The position numbers and the translations under genes are program-made. Positions 19,140-29,562 of a DNA stretch of 64,000 bases are shown here, piece after piece. The DNA comes from a virus (lineage: Duplodnaviria; Caudoviricetes). The stretch covers positions 96,001 to 160,000 of the IMG/VR virus record IMGVR_UViG_3300031555_004524; one strand, given 5' to 3'. Below the pieces are notes generated by a model. It searched no databases and had not been told where the DNA came from. It saw only the letters and a list, made by a program, of their open reading frames with translations. Numbering within the stretch: the stretch's first letter is position 1; each line of letters begins with the position of its first letter.

Positions 19140-19469
19140 ATGAATAATTTCGCAAGCTATCAATATGCTGAAATAGCAGTATGCTTGGAAGATGCTGTAA
19201 ATTCTAAATATGGTAAATTCTATATACCAGTATTAACTCCATTTTTGGACAATGCAGAACCTTATGATAAAGAAGATATATTTTCTATCAAAAATAATAT
19301 TATAAATATAAATGATATTAGAAACGATATAAAGACATGTACAGTTTCCAATTATATTGAATTGAAATTACCTTTTGGTAATGATAATATTAAAAAAGGT
19401 GATAAATTTTTAGTATCATTTATCGGAGGAGATCCTAATAAACCACAACTTATAAGGAGGTGTGATTAA
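19140..19469 (+). CDS. Putative baseplate/virion protein
   Basis: GGAGGG RBS; late-type promoter 19097-19108; C-terminal KGDKFLVSFIGGDPNKP resembles the gp5/GpV OB-fold motif. Confidence 0.55.
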   Translation: MNNFASYQYAEIAVCLEDAVNSKYGKFYIPVLTPFLDNAEPYDKEDIFSIKNNIININDIRNDIKTCTVSNYIELKLPFGNDNIKKGDKFLVSFIGGDPNKPQLIRRCD

Positions 19470-19948
19470 TGGCTACAAATACAACATTAGCTTTAGGGGG
19501 ATCAAATCTTCCTGAAAAAACTGTCACTATTGAAGAGTTTATAGAAATGGGAGCTGCAGATGAAATAACTTATCATAATTTCTCAATATTAGCAAAATTC
19601 GTAGATGAAAACTCTGAAATTCAATATGCAATAACCAATGTAATTTATGATTATATGGAAGATTTATTATCACGAGCAGTTACTTTAGAATTAAGCAATG
19701 ACGATTTTACTAAATATAAATACAAACCAAAATTGTTAGCGTACGATATATACAATACAACTGAATTATACTTCGTAATATTGGCATTGAACGGAATGTG
19801 TGATATAAAAGATTTTACAAAGAAAAAATTAAAAATGCTTTACTACGCAGATATGCAAGATTTACTAAATCAGATATATGCAGCAGAATCAGAGCATATA
19901 AAATATAATCGTAAACATTTAGATGATAAAAATAAATCAACATGGTAA
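19469..19948 (+). CDS. Baseplate wedge protein, T4 gp53/LysM-like
   Basis: YKPKLLAYDIYNTTELYFVILALN resembles the gp53 RP..IA...YG...YW.IL..N pattern. Confidence 0.7.
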   Translation: MATNTTLALGGSNLPEKTVTIEEFIEMGAADEITYHNFSILAKFVDENSEIQYAITNVIYDYMEDLLSRAVTLELSNDDFTKYKYKPKLLAYDIYNTTELYFVILALNGMCDIKDFTKKKLKMLYYADMQDLLNQIYAAESEHIKYNRKHLDDKNKSTW

Positions 19949-19988
19949 AAAAAAATAAGAGGTAAGCAATAAATGCTTACCTCTAAAT

Positions 19989-21833
19989 TTATGATATTTT
20001 TTGAAATAATCGTATAAGTGGTTTTTTCTCTTGCACCACTGGTTGTTGGTGCACTGGCATCTGAACAATATTTGATATTTGTTGTTCCATAGAAGGCTGC
20101 GGTGCGATTTCAAATTGATCTTTTTCCAACTCTTCAATACCAATATTATTCGATGAATATCTACCAATATGCCCACGCTGTATATTTTCAACAGCTTCTG
20201 CATATTGGAATACATTTGGTTCTTCTTGATATACCTCATGATTTGTAGCAGAATAACCACTAGTTTTAACTCTAGTACCTTCTGCAACTTGTTGTAATGA
20301 TGTGTCATAAAGACTATCTTTAAATACTGGAACTGGACTGTAAAAGTCTTCTAATAACTGCAGTCCATTTTCCATATTAAATGGTTGACATACATAATCA
20401 CGCAAAGTATATATACGTTTCTTAATAGTTTTAAACACCATATATTCTTTTCCACTGGCATCGGATTCTCTATTAAGAATACACGCTAAATCTACATTAT
20501 CGAGCATTAATAATGACTCCCCAACATTAGATTTTCCTAATAGTCTAGTCAAATCTGCTTTGGTTCTTCCTGGAGTATTATTATCAATAACTCTAGCTCC
20601 ATCTCTATTCAAATGAGATACAGTTAATACTGGAATATTTTTTAAAATTGCAAATGTTTTCAATTCATTTATTGTATCTCCAAGTTCCATTCTAACATCT
20701 GGCTGGCCACTTGCAGCTCTAATTCTTTTTACATGGTCCTGAATCATACATATACATTCATATCCCTCATCTTCTAAATCTTCTACTACAGTATATAAAT
20801 AACTTGTATCAACTGATCTGTTTGGTTTATATTTAATTATTATATCTATAGGATTTTCATCTGTTAAATATAATTCTCCATTTTTATGCATCATATTAAC
20901 TAATTCATCTACAGGATAATCTCTTAAATCTACTCCTGTTGACATTTTTACTAAACGATCAACTGTTTCTGAAACTGTATTTTCCATGGTTAAATATACA
21001 ATGCATGGTATTTTTGTAGGGTCCTTTGGTTTGAAGTTTCTATTATATTTCTTTATCTGATATGCAATGTTTAATAATGATAAACTTTTACCAACACCAG
21101 TAACCCCAAGAAATAAATAGCAACGTGTATTTTCAAATCCACCACCAGTAACTTGATTAACACCTTGCATTCCTGTTAATAATTTACGATAATCAGAATT
21201 TAATTCATTCTGGATATCTTGTAATTTTTCTTGAAGAATTCCATCACGTAAACTAAATGTCTCTGTTACTACTGATTCTGTTCTATTTTTACGAAACATT
21301 GTGTTTACTAATGCTATCCATTCTTCAACCTTTTTACCCAATGTAGTAATATCCGTAGAATCTGCAGCTAAAAATCTTGTTAATAAATCTATACCTTGAG
21401 CTGCTTCTTCGTATAAAAAAGTATGAGATAATGTATTAGATACAGTCGTATTTATCCAATCTATTTCTTCATTTGTTAGTCCTGTAAATGAACTAATATC
21501 TATCAAATCACTATCAATAAATCCACCATTGATATATTTAATGATAGTTATAGTTTTTGTCAATCCTTTTTCTAATCTAGCTTCTATTCCTTTTTTTATG
21601 AACAGAATTCTCTTATATTTTTCTTGATCTGAAATATATTTTTCCATATCCAATAATGCTATCAGATTTCTTAAATTCATATATGCAGATCTCTTTATAT
21701 ATCTATTTTCAGTTAATATAAATTCACACATGAGGTTCAATGTATGAATATCAAAATTCAATGGCAACTTGGTCTTATTTTTAACATAAGTTCTACCTTG
21801 TCCATATTTTTTATTTCTAGTTACTATATCCAT
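19989..21833 (-). CDS. Replicative DnaB-like (SF4) helicase
   Basis: GVTGVGKS, YLTMEN, IQDHV, VLTVSHLNR, VGES motifs. Confidence 0.9.
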   Translation of the reverse strand: MDIVTRNKKYGQGRTYVKNKTKLPLNFDIHTLNLMCEFILTENRYIKRSAYMNLRNLIALLDMEKYISDQEKYKRILFIKKGIEARLEKGLTKTITIIKYINGGFIDSDLIDISSFTGLTNEEIDWINTTVSNTLSHTFLYEEAAQGIDLLTRFLAADSTDITTLGKKVEEWIALVNTMFRKNRTESVVTETFSLRDGILQEKLQDIQNELNSDYRKLLTGMQGVNQVTGGGFENTRCYLFLGVTGVGKSLSLLNIAYQIKKYNRNFKPKDPTKIPCIVYLTMENTVSETVDRLVKMSTGVDLRDYPVDELVNMMHKNGELYLTDENPIDIIIKYKPNRSVDTSYLYTVVEDLEDEGYECICMIQDHVKRIRAASGQPDVRMELGDTINELKTFAILKNIPVLTVSHLNRDGARVIDNNTPGRTKADLTRLLGKSNVGESLLMLDNVDLACILNRESDASGKEYMVFKTIKKRIYTLRDYVCQPFNMENGLQLLEDFYSPVPVFKDSLYDTSLQQVAEGTRVKTSGYSATNHEVYQEEPNVFQYAEAVENIQRGHIGRYSSNNIGIEELEKDQFEIAPQPSMEQQISNIVQMPVHQQPVVQEKKPLIRLFQKIS

Positions 21834-21960
21834 TATATGTACCTTCTTATCATTTTATATAAATATCATTATAAGCATGTTTCATGCTAAATATATTTAT
21901 ACAAAAAATAAAATGCAAGGGAAGCTCCAAACTTCCCTTGCATGATACGAATAGAGGTAA

Positions 21961-22842
21961 TTACCATTCCAGGTCATACCAATCATATAAGTCTACTATT
22001 TCTCCATATGATTTATGCGCAAACATAATCATACTAGATACCAGCTGTAAATTCCAATCTACATTTCTTTCTTTATATTTTATTTTGACTTCACAGAAAC
22101 TAAGTGCTTCTCTAGTAGCTTTTGCAATTTTTGAAGCTAAATAATCACCGCATGCTTCTTTCTTATCAATAGTCATACAGCTTCCACTAGGTACAGATAT
22201 TTTTAAATACATAATATTATTAATATGATCAAATTTTGTATCTTCGATAAGTACCCCATATGCTAACATTGTTTTGGTTAATCTTGCATGGTCCTGAACA
22301 TACCTTTTTAACATCGGATGTGAATCTGCAGTTTCTTTAATCATTTCGATAGATTTTTTATACTCATCAGAAATATCAAATAAATCATCTAATAATACAT
22401 CTACAGATTTATCAGATATATCAATAGTTTTGTTTACTTTTTCCTCTTCAGATTTTTTAGTATTAAATTTTATAGATAGGTCTTGATGCTTTATATCTTT
22501 CAGATCCTCATCTACTTTATCTTTCGATGAAGCACCTATATATTGCAACCATGACCAATGTTTATCTAGATATATTCTATTAATATCATTAATATCATAT
22601 AGAGAGTAACCATTTGATAATAATGCATCACAAAATTTATCTCCCAATTTAGTTCCAGCCATATCAGAAACATCAGATGTTTTTGGTATGTATACTGTTA
22701 TGGTATCACCCATCACAACTTCAATACCATATTTTGCAAATTCAGCTGCAGTCTTCTCGATAATGTTACATTTTTGTGCACTTGATAAATTATTCATATT
22801 ATTTCTCCTTCTCTTTAAATGTATATGTATAGTATATTTCAT
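21961..22842 (-). CDS. Hypothetical protein (probable start 22797)
   Basis: AAGGAG RBS before MNNLS; the listed ATG is the RTG of an early promoter motif. Confidence 0.75.
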   Translation of the reverse strand: MKYTIHIHLKRRRNNMNNLSSAQKCNIIEKTAAEFAKYGIEVVMGDTITVYIPKTSDVSDMAGTKLGDKFCDALLSNGYSLYDINDINRIYLDKHWSWLQYIGASSKDKVDEDLKDIKHQDLSIKFNTKKSEEEKVNKTIDISDKSVDVLLDDLFDISDEYKKSIEMIKETADSHPMLKRYVQDHARLTKTMLAYGVLIEDTKFDHINNIMYLKISVPSGSCMTIDKKEACGDYLASKIAKATREALSFCEVKIKYKERNVDWNLQLVSSMIMFAHKSYGEIVDLYDWYDLEW

Positions 22843-22877
22843 TATAATAATATATTAATAAAACCAACAATTTTGAC

Positions 22878-23131
22878 AAAAATAAAGGATAGTGTTATTT
22901 ACACTATCCTTTATTTTGTTTTGATACAAATACTGGCTATATTTGTATCGTCCATCTTACACTTAACTTAAGTACTTTGCGAGAATGATGCGTATTATCT
23001 CGCTTTAACACCCATAAATGATTGAATGGCTAGTTCAACCATTATGGTAATGTTGTTATTAGGGTAAATTATCACCTCCAGGTATGAGAATATATGACGG
23101 TTTTTTAATATATTCCCATTCTTTTATTCAC
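22878..23131 (-). ncRNA. Candidate structured small RNA
   Basis: Early promoter 23129-23145, four hairpins, then a terminator at 22879-22917; no ORF with a well-spaced RBS. Confidence 0.5.
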
Positions 23132-23174
23132 TCTAATAATATATAATCTAAAAGATGCCCTTAAACTTCTATCT

Positions 23175-24317
23175 TTACTCTTTCATTAAAGCTATAATTT
23201 GATCTGCAGTTACAATAGTAGCATTTTCTTTTTCATTAATATATCTGGCTAATATTTCGAACTCTGAGAGATTATTATCTAATATATAATGATATTGTGT
23301 CAGTACTTCTGGAGCCACAACCTCTGCAACTTTCTTGGATCTCTTCATATGTAATTTTATACTATCATTATTCTGATAATATCGTCGTAAAACTTCCATA
23401 TTAGCAGATGGAATACTATCTGAAAACTCTATTCGAAGATGGTCAATGTTTTCTTTTTGCTTCAAATTATTTATATAATCTATAATATCTTTTGGGTCGT
23501 TCATTAATAAATGATCCACATTTACTGTATCGTATCTAAATGAATATACAGGTATCATATGAGAATAATGTTTTCTAGTATCTAAATCATATAGTACTAT
23601 CATAAAACCTTTCTCTTGTTCCTCTCCATATTTCCATCTCATAACAGATCCAGAATAATAAAAATATCCCCCATAACAACCACATATATGAATATGTCCA
23701 GCAACAATAGGGCCTTTACAATTACAAAAATCTCTCATGGTGAATAATCTAGCCCCATTAGATGGTATACCAGCACCATCTATTGTTCCGTGCAATACAC
23801 ATTGGTCATAGTATCCAGAATAAAATAAATATTCTTCATAGATAGAATCATCTAAATTATATAATTCTGGTATACAAAGAACTTTTGCTCCTTTTATGTA
23901 TTGAAAACAAATAGTTTCTACTATACGAAGATCAAATAATGGATCTTGTAAATAATGATAATATTGTTTTAATTGATCTGCATCGTGACCAGCTGTTCCG
24001 TATAATAAAACAACAGTAGCATTTTTCTGTATAGCAATATCTCTAATAGCAGAAAAAAACATATTCCCATACATAATTGCAGGATTATCTGCAGTGTATT
24101 TTCTATGATAAAAATCCCCATTAATAAATATAATATCTAAAAAAGGAAGTTTAATGAGTTCATCTAGAACTTGTTCTTTCAATATATTAAATTGTATTTT
24201 TGGATCTAAAGCACCAAAATGAATATCAGCAAGGTGCACCTCTACAAGTGAACCTCTCTTAATTTGTCTTTCTATATTATAAATATTTTTATTTATAGGC
24301 GTAAATAAAGGTATCAT
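23175..24317 (-). CDS. SbcD/Mre11-like metallophosphoesterase nuclease
   Basis: ADIHFG, NGDFYH, GTAGHD, LHG, AGHIH, YSGS...YGE motifs. Confidence 0.9.
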   Translation of the reverse strand: MIPLFTPINKNIYNIERQIKRGSLVEVHLADIHFGALDPKIQFNILKEQVLDELIKLPFLDIIFINGDFYHRKYTADNPAIMYGNMFFSAIRDIAIQKNATVVLLYGTAGHDADQLKQYYHYLQDPLFDLRIVETICFQYIKGAKVLCIPELYNLDDSIYEEYLFYSGYYDQCVLHGTIDGAGIPSNGARLFTMRDFCNCKGPIVAGHIHICGCYGGYFYYSGSVMRWKYGEEQEKGFMIVLYDLDTRKHYSHMIPVYSFRYDTVNVDHLLMNDPKDIIDYINNLKQKENIDHLRIEFSDSIPSANMEVLRRYYQNNDSIKLHMKRSKKVAEVVAPEVLTQYHYILDNNLSEFEILARYINEKENATIVTADQIIALMKE

Positions 24318-24424
24318 GATACGAATAATCTCCTCTATACATTAATCTTCTTAATTAGATATAGCTATAATGATTAAAATTCACATACAATATGACACTA
24401 GGTGAAGTGTACCTAGTGTCATAT

Positions 24425-24778
24425 TTATGGTATTAACGTACCATTTTTATCTAATTCTGGAATCTGAAACTTGTCAAATTCTAACACACCATCTTCTTTT
24501 AGTATAGGAAGTCCAGGCACTTTCACTGGAACTGCGTTTCCGTTACTATCAACTCCTAATAATTTACCATGATATTCACTAGAAAATTTTTTATCCATCT
24601 TATTTTTTAATTCTTCATGTGCTGCATGTATTCCTTCTTCATGTCTATTCATATCCTCGGCAGTGATAATACCATTATTTAATATATTTTCTTCTAAAGT
24701 AAGAGTCTTATCATAAGGATTGAATATCTGTTTATCATAAAATGATCTAGTAGACATATACTTGTAACCGCCTTTCAT
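24425..24778 (-). CDS. Putative tail fibre/baseplate-associated protein
   Basis: ITAEDMNRHEEGI resembles the BppU-type N-terminal motif; late promoter 24798-24809. Confidence 0.5.
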   Translation of the reverse strand: MKGGYKYMSTRSFYDKQIFNPYDKTLTLEENILNNGIITAEDMNRHEEGIHAAHEELKNKMDKKFSSEYHGKLLGVDSNGNAVPVKVPGLPILKEDGVLEFDKFQIPELDKNGTLIP

Positions 24779-24877
24779 TTAAAATGTATAACTATATTAA
24801 TATAATGTAATTTTTATTTTCAAAACTTTATACAAAAAAAAATAAAAAGAGTATAGGTATAAACCTATACTCTTTTA

Positions 24878-25402
24878 TTACATTATATTATGTTTCATAT
24901 ACCAATCTACAAATAATATCATTCTGCGACGTAATGCTTTACTAAATATGATATTATCCCATTCTTCAGATATCATATTATTATCATAATATTTTTCCCA
25001 TTTTAATTTATCATTATAATATATCATAGTTAGTATACCGTTATCAGTTATAGTGAAATCGCATATCATACTATCACCTAAAGTATTTTTTGTACGATAA
25101 TATAAATATATTCCTCCATTAGCATAACATGCTGTCAATATGTCACTTGTATTTGTATCATCATATATATCTGGAAGTTCGCATAATACTTTTAAATAAA
25201 AATCACAAAATTCTTGGTAATATTTTTTAAAAGAAGAATAATCATATCTATGCAGATAATATCTATAGATAAATACGCAGCATCTTGATATTTGAGATAT
25301 TATAGTGGATTTTATGTATATAGGAATCAAATTAATATCCCATATAAATACTATTATTTTTCTTAAACATTCTATTTTTCTATACATTTTACACACTCCC
25401 AT
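24878..25402 (-). CDS. Hypothetical protein
   Basis: 174-aa ORF; possible paralogue of next gene (EFCDFY vs DFHEFY). Confidence 0.6.
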   Translation of the reverse strand: MGVCKMYRKIECLRKIIVFIWDINLIPIYIKSTIISQISRCCVFIYRYYLHRYDYSSFKKYYQEFCDFYLKVLCELPDIYDDTNTSDILTACYANGGIYLYYRTKNTLGDSMICDFTITDNGILTMIYYNDKLKWEKYYDNNMISEEWDNIIFSKALRRRMILFVDWYMKHNIM

Positions 25403-25908
25403 TCAAATTTATAAGATTCCAAATATTTTTCTATAAAGTCTTTCATATAATAATATATAATAGACTCTATATTACCCACATACAAATTATTATCGTCTAC
25501 AGCAGAAATCATATACGTAGCCAATTTATCAATATCACATTCCATATATCCAAATTTATATATATCAACTTTGTATGTCATATTAATTTGAATATTATCA
25601 AATAACAAGCTTATGCAATTTGTATATAATGCCATTTGAAATCCATATTTGTCTTTATTGAATCCGCTTCTAGTAGCATCTGAATATGCTAATTTGTAAA
25701 ATTCGTGAAAATCAACAAAGAAATTATAAATATCTTTTATCTTATTTCTAGATAATTTGTGCTGATTAATTATAATATCAATCTTCTTTAATGATTTTTT
25801 TATATAGATTTTTATTAAAAAGTATTTTAATTTATTTGGTATATTTATTTTATCTAAATAAACTAATTTTTTTCTATCTTCTATAAATTGATCATATATT
25901 GTATTCAT
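25372..25908 (-). CDS. Hypothetical protein
   Basis: 178-aa ORF, AGGAG RBS. Confidence 0.65.
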   Translation of the reverse strand: MNTIYDQFIEDRKKLVYLDKINIPNKLKYFLIKIYIKKSLKKIDIIINQHKLSRNKIKDIYNFFVDFHEFYKLAYSDATRSGFNKDKYGFQMALYTNCISLLFDNIQINMTYKVDIYKFGYMECDIDKLATYMISAVDDNNLYVGNIESIIYYYMKDFIEKYLESYKFEWECVKCIEK

Positions 25909-25911
25909 AGT

Positions 25912-26481
25912 TCACTCCTGTCCTGTTATGATAGTATAATGACTTTTCGGATATAAATACGACATAGGAATGTAATATATTAATCTTTCATCATATATAT
26001 CATCACAACCACCATTATTTATAATATATAGATCATCTAATGAAATTTCTGTTGGAATTGTAGCTGTAACTATTGTAGTATCCATTCTAAATTGCGGTTG
26101 AACGTGCTTCATAGATGCTCTTATAGTTTGTATTAGAAATGTATCGTATCTAGGATCATCTTTCAATTTCAGTGGATAGTTAGCAGTGATCATTTTAGGT
26201 TTAATATCCGCTAATGTCAGACTAATAGTCTTATCTGCATCGTATGTATCATCTGTTATTTTGGCAGAATCTTTAATAGCATTTAATACTAAATCTGAAT
26301 AGTGTTTATGACCATTTTTAGTTAATATTTGTACACCTGTATCACATTTCGATGCCATATCTTTATTTCCAGGCATAAATAATATGAATTCTATTTTTCT
26401 ATTTTTATCCTGTTTTTGTTTTTCACGCTGCTCTTTTTCGAATTCGCATCTCATTTCTTCTGCAAGTTCTAAATCATTCAT
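25912..26481 (-). CDS. Hypothetical protein
   Basis: 189-aa ORF, GAGAGG RBS. Confidence 0.75.
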   Translation of the reverse strand: MNDLELAEEMRCEFEKEQREKQKQDKNRKIEFILFMPGNKDMASKCDTGVQILTKNGHKHYSDLVLNAIKDSAKITDDTYDADKTISLTLADIKPKMITANYPLKLKDDPRYDTFLIQTIRASMKHVQPQFRMDTTIVTATIPTEISLDDLYIINNGGCDDIYDERLIYYIPMSYLYPKSHYTIITGQE

Positions 26482-26484
26482 TTT

Positions 26485-27216
26485 TTATACCTCTCTTTTT
26501 GTGAATAATGTTTTGTATTGAAGTTCTATATTTATTCTATGATAATACGAAAATACTAAAGATAAAAAAGTAGCTTCGCATGAATTAATAAAATTAAGAT
26601 GATCTATATTGGAAAAATCTAATAAATATTCTTCAAAAAATACATTAGACTTGCTCAATTTTAATATAATGCATCCGTCTACTTCTATGCCGTATTCTGT
26701 TCTTAAAATATATCTGTATGATGATAACTGTAAGTAGTGTTTGTAACTAGTATGATTACTGGTTTTAAAATCTACTAAATACACTTTACCATTAATCTCG
26801 ATAAGTAAATCCAACGTGCCCCCAAAATAAGGACACGTTAACTCTTTCTCTTCAAATATAATTTTAAATTTGCACTTTAGGATTATTTTCCACCACTCCA
26901 AGAATGAATGAAATGCATTAAATACTTCAATTTGCAATTTGGTGTCATCTGGGAGTATATTATGTTGTATATAATCTTCAATACATTTATGACATAAAGA
27001 TCCTATATTACTTACATTTTCCATTACATTTTTATATTTTTGTCTTTTATATAACCCTATCGAATTTGCCCAAGTCATTAGATAATCTTCATGTAGCATT
27101 GCAGATAAAATTTCAGTTGTTCTTGGAACAGTAATTCCATTGTAAGAGTATTTCTCTGGAAGGAATTTTGAAACTGTATCTGTTATGTCTGTTGGTAATG
27201 AATTTAGTAAACTCAT
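26485..27216 (-). CDS. PD-(D/E)XK exonuclease-family protein
   Basis: VPRTTEIL, GSLCH, FGGTLDLL...LVDFKTS...YLQLSSY. Confidence 0.88.
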   Translation of the reverse strand: MSLLNSLPTDITDTVSKFLPEKYSYNGITVPRTTEILSAMLHEDYLMTWANSIGLYKRQKYKNVMENVSNIGSLCHKCIEDYIQHNILPDDTKLQIEVFNAFHSFLEWWKIILKCKFKIIFEEKELTCPYFGGTLDLLIEINGKVYLVDFKTSNHTSYKHYLQLSSYRYILRTEYGIEVDGCIILKLSKSNVFFEEYLLDFSNIDHLNFINSCEATFLSLVFSYYHRINIELQYKTLFTKREV

Positions 27217-27490
27217 TTATCCAATCCTCCTTGTTGTTAGATTTAAAAATAGTATTGCATAGTATACTATGATATATAGAATATAGTATGTCATCATCTA
27301 CAGGTGGATAGCTCATGCAGCTAAAGTTTTTATTTATATCAGTATTCATTAAAACAGAAACAGCTTTAATCACATTTGAGCTTAATTTTTCGTCTTGTCT
27401 TTTTATAAGCATATTAAAAACTTCAAATGGTGTAAGTTTAGTAGAATTTTCGAAAATTAATTTTTCTTTAAAAATACCATCAAAAGACAT
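27113..27490 (-). CDS. Hypothetical protein
   Basis: AAAGGAG RBS; 3' end overlaps the nuclease gene. Confidence 0.55.
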   Translation of the reverse strand: MSFDGIFKEKLIFENSTKLTPFEVFNMLIKRQDEKLSSNVIKAVSVLMNTDINKNFSCMSYPPVDDDILYSIYHSILCNTIFKSNNKEDWINEFTKFITNRHNRYSFKIPSREILLQWNYCSKNN

Positions 27491-27508
27491 TGTAGGCGTT
27501 CTCTCCTT

Positions 27509-28165
27509 TCATTGATATCTGTTAGGCATGAATCCATCTTTACGTTGATAAAGATATTCTATCAAATTATTAAAATTATTATCTAGTTTCATATATATGC
27601 TTTTTGTATACTCATGGCGGTATATACATTGTCCATGAGTCATAAATATATTCTTCATATCAACTTCAATTCCGCATTTAAAAATATCACTACGTCTCAA
27701 CATTGAACCCATGTGGTATTCATACACAGTGTATACTTTTCCATTTGATGAAAATGATTTATTGAAACTATCATCTATAACTATACCCTTACCAATAAGG
27801 CCCAATTCATCAAGAAAATCTGTAAAGTGGGATCTCATATAATAATCGCCTAAAGTTAACAATATGATTTTTATCTGCTGACCATTTTTATCATAATGAT
27901 TAATTCTTCTAATTAAAAATTCTAGATATCTAAATGCTTCTTTAAAATCCATACCATATTCTAATACTATGAAGAATTTCATTCTAGGCATCTTTCGATA
28001 TCTCTCTTTTTCACCATTTTTATTAATTCTAATATGCGATGAATTCATAGATGCATTCATGATTATATCTCTAAGATAAAAATAATCTTCTTTATTAAAT
28101 CCAATAAATAATTTTCTAATACTATCAATATTAATACAATTTGTAGGTTTGTTTGGTTTTCTCAT
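27509..28165 (-). CDS. Hypothetical protein
   Basis: 218-aa ORF, AAGGAG RBS. Confidence 0.7.
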   Translation of the reverse strand: MRKPNKPTNCINIDSIRKLFIGFNKEDYFYLRDIIMNASMNSSHIRINKNGEKERYRKMPRMKFFIVLEYGMDFKEAFRYLEFLIRRINHYDKNGQQIKIILLTLGDYYMRSHFTDFLDELGLIGKGIVIDDSFNKSFSSNGKVYTVYEYHMGSMLRRSDIFKCGIEVDMKNIFMTHGQCIYRHEYTKSIYMKLDNNFNNLIEYLYQRKDGFMPNRYQ

Positions 28166-28230
28166 AATTATTCTCCTTTTTTTTTGTATATTTTAAATAT
28201 AATATATGAGTATAATAACCATTACTAATA

Positions 28231-28488
28231 CTACATTTTATAATGAATGCAATAGCAGTGAGAAGATATATCCACATATCCAAAGATAAGTAATGTGCGT
28301 AATAATATTTCTGCATCTGACTCATTTTTACAATTTATTGTTATTGCACTTATATCTTTTATTCCATGTATATTATTTTCCATAAACTGATTATTTGGAA
28401 ATAAATCTACTTCTAATATATCATTATTCTTACCAATTATTCTAACACTAGAACATGATACCACCATTTTATCTAATCTAAGTCTCAT
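28231..28488 (-). CDS. Hypothetical protein
   Basis: 85-aa ORF, GAGGTG RBS. Confidence 0.6.
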   Translation of the reverse strand: MRLRLDKMVVSCSSVRIIGKNNDILEVDLFPNNQFMENNIHGIKDISAITINCKNESDAEILLRTLLIFGYVDISSHCYCIHYKM

Positions 28489-28581
28489 TCATATCACCTC
28501 ATTATATTTTTATTAATTAGAAGTTACCCCTATGATATTTTTATAAAATAATTGTAAAACCCCGTATTTTGGTGTATCCAC

Positions 28582-28593
28582 AACATACTAGTA
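28582..28593 (+). promoter_or_regulatory. Representative late-type phage promoter HACW-N6-TA
   Basis: On + at 19097, 28582, 50532, 62254; on - at 8999, 21870, 24798, 36327, 46768, 50458, 62223 and five times in 60229-60922; matches the AACA-N6-TA late promoter of phage AR9. Confidence 0.7.
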
Positions 28594-28623
28594 AATTTTA
28601 GAGTAATAGGAGGTATCCTAAAA

Positions 28624-29562
28624 ATGAATGTAAAAATGAAACGGTTATCCGATTCTTATATATATGGAATCGGAGAATATGAAAAGAATTTATTTAAATT
28701 TTTTATGCAATCTGAAATTATGGATAAAACTGACAAATCTTTTGATGACATTAGATATGAAGTAAAGAGAGGACAGCAATCTGTTTTATTAAAAACTTTT
28801 GATTCTGATAATGTAGTATTCCTGTATAATACAACTCCTCTACCTAGAGCATTAAAGGTATTTGCAGCTCAGGATATAAAAACTGGAGATAAAAAAATGA
28901 GGGTATTCGTCGATATGAGTGATGCTGTTGTAAAGAAAGATGGCAACTATGTTTTACGTCCAGGTTCTTTAGACAGAGTATTATCTTATTTAACTTCTGC
29001 CCTTGCTCATCTCATTTACTATGCTGATCCTTCTAGAATAGTAAATAATTCATCATTAACGGAACACGGAACAGAAGCTTTTGCTAAATTGTTTTCACAT
29101 ATTATCGATTTATTACGAATCGGAGCTGTTGATAAGTTAAGAGAAAAATGTTTATATCTAGGATCAGTATATTATCAGGTAAATATATTATGTAAAGATT
29201 TTTCTGATAGTGTAGAAAATAGAGCAAAGAAAATTTCTAGATTAAATAGCAGAGATATAGAAATGATTGAAGTTTATTTAGATACAGATACTTTTAAGGA
29301 TATTAATTCTTTTATCCAATCAGTGTCTAAAGTTATAAAAGCAGATGGATTAAAAGTTGATAACTTTATTGAAAAATGGATGACTACTTATGGACCTGGA
29401 ACTCAGTTTGCTGTTGAGCTGTTTCCATCTTTTTCAACGTTATTAACTAACGCTTATAACGGAGCATATTTAAATAATCAGAAACAGATAGAAAAAATAA
29501 CAGGACAGAGTATGGTAAATTATTCAGTTTCCTTACTTCGTCTGGGGAGTGATCTTGCATAA
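28624..29562 (+). CDS. Putative virion structural protein
   Basis: 312 aa, AGGAGG RBS, late promoter AACA-TACTAG-TA at 28582-28593. Confidence 0.55.
   Translation: MNVKMKRLSDSYIYGIGEYEKNLFKFFMQSEIMDKTDKSFDDIRYEVKRGQQSVLLKTFDSDNVVFLYNTTPLPRALKVFAAQDIKTGDKKMRVFVDMSDAVVKKDGNYVLRPGSLDRVLSYLTSALAHLIYYADPSRIVNNSSLTEHGTEAFAKLFSHIIDLLRIGAVDKLREKCLYLGSVYYQVNILCKDFSDSVENRAKKISRLNSRDIEMIEVYLDTDTFKDINSFIQSVSKVIKADGLKVDNFIEKWMTTYGPGTQFAVELFPSFSTLLTNAYNGAYLNNQKQIEKITGQSMVNYSVSLLRLGSDLA

Noticed and set aside
26485-27216. Cas4 as a spacer-acquisition factor for the arrays
   Set aside because: Generic phage PD-(D/E)XK nuclease without the Cas4 four-Cys cluster, and 15 kb from the locus
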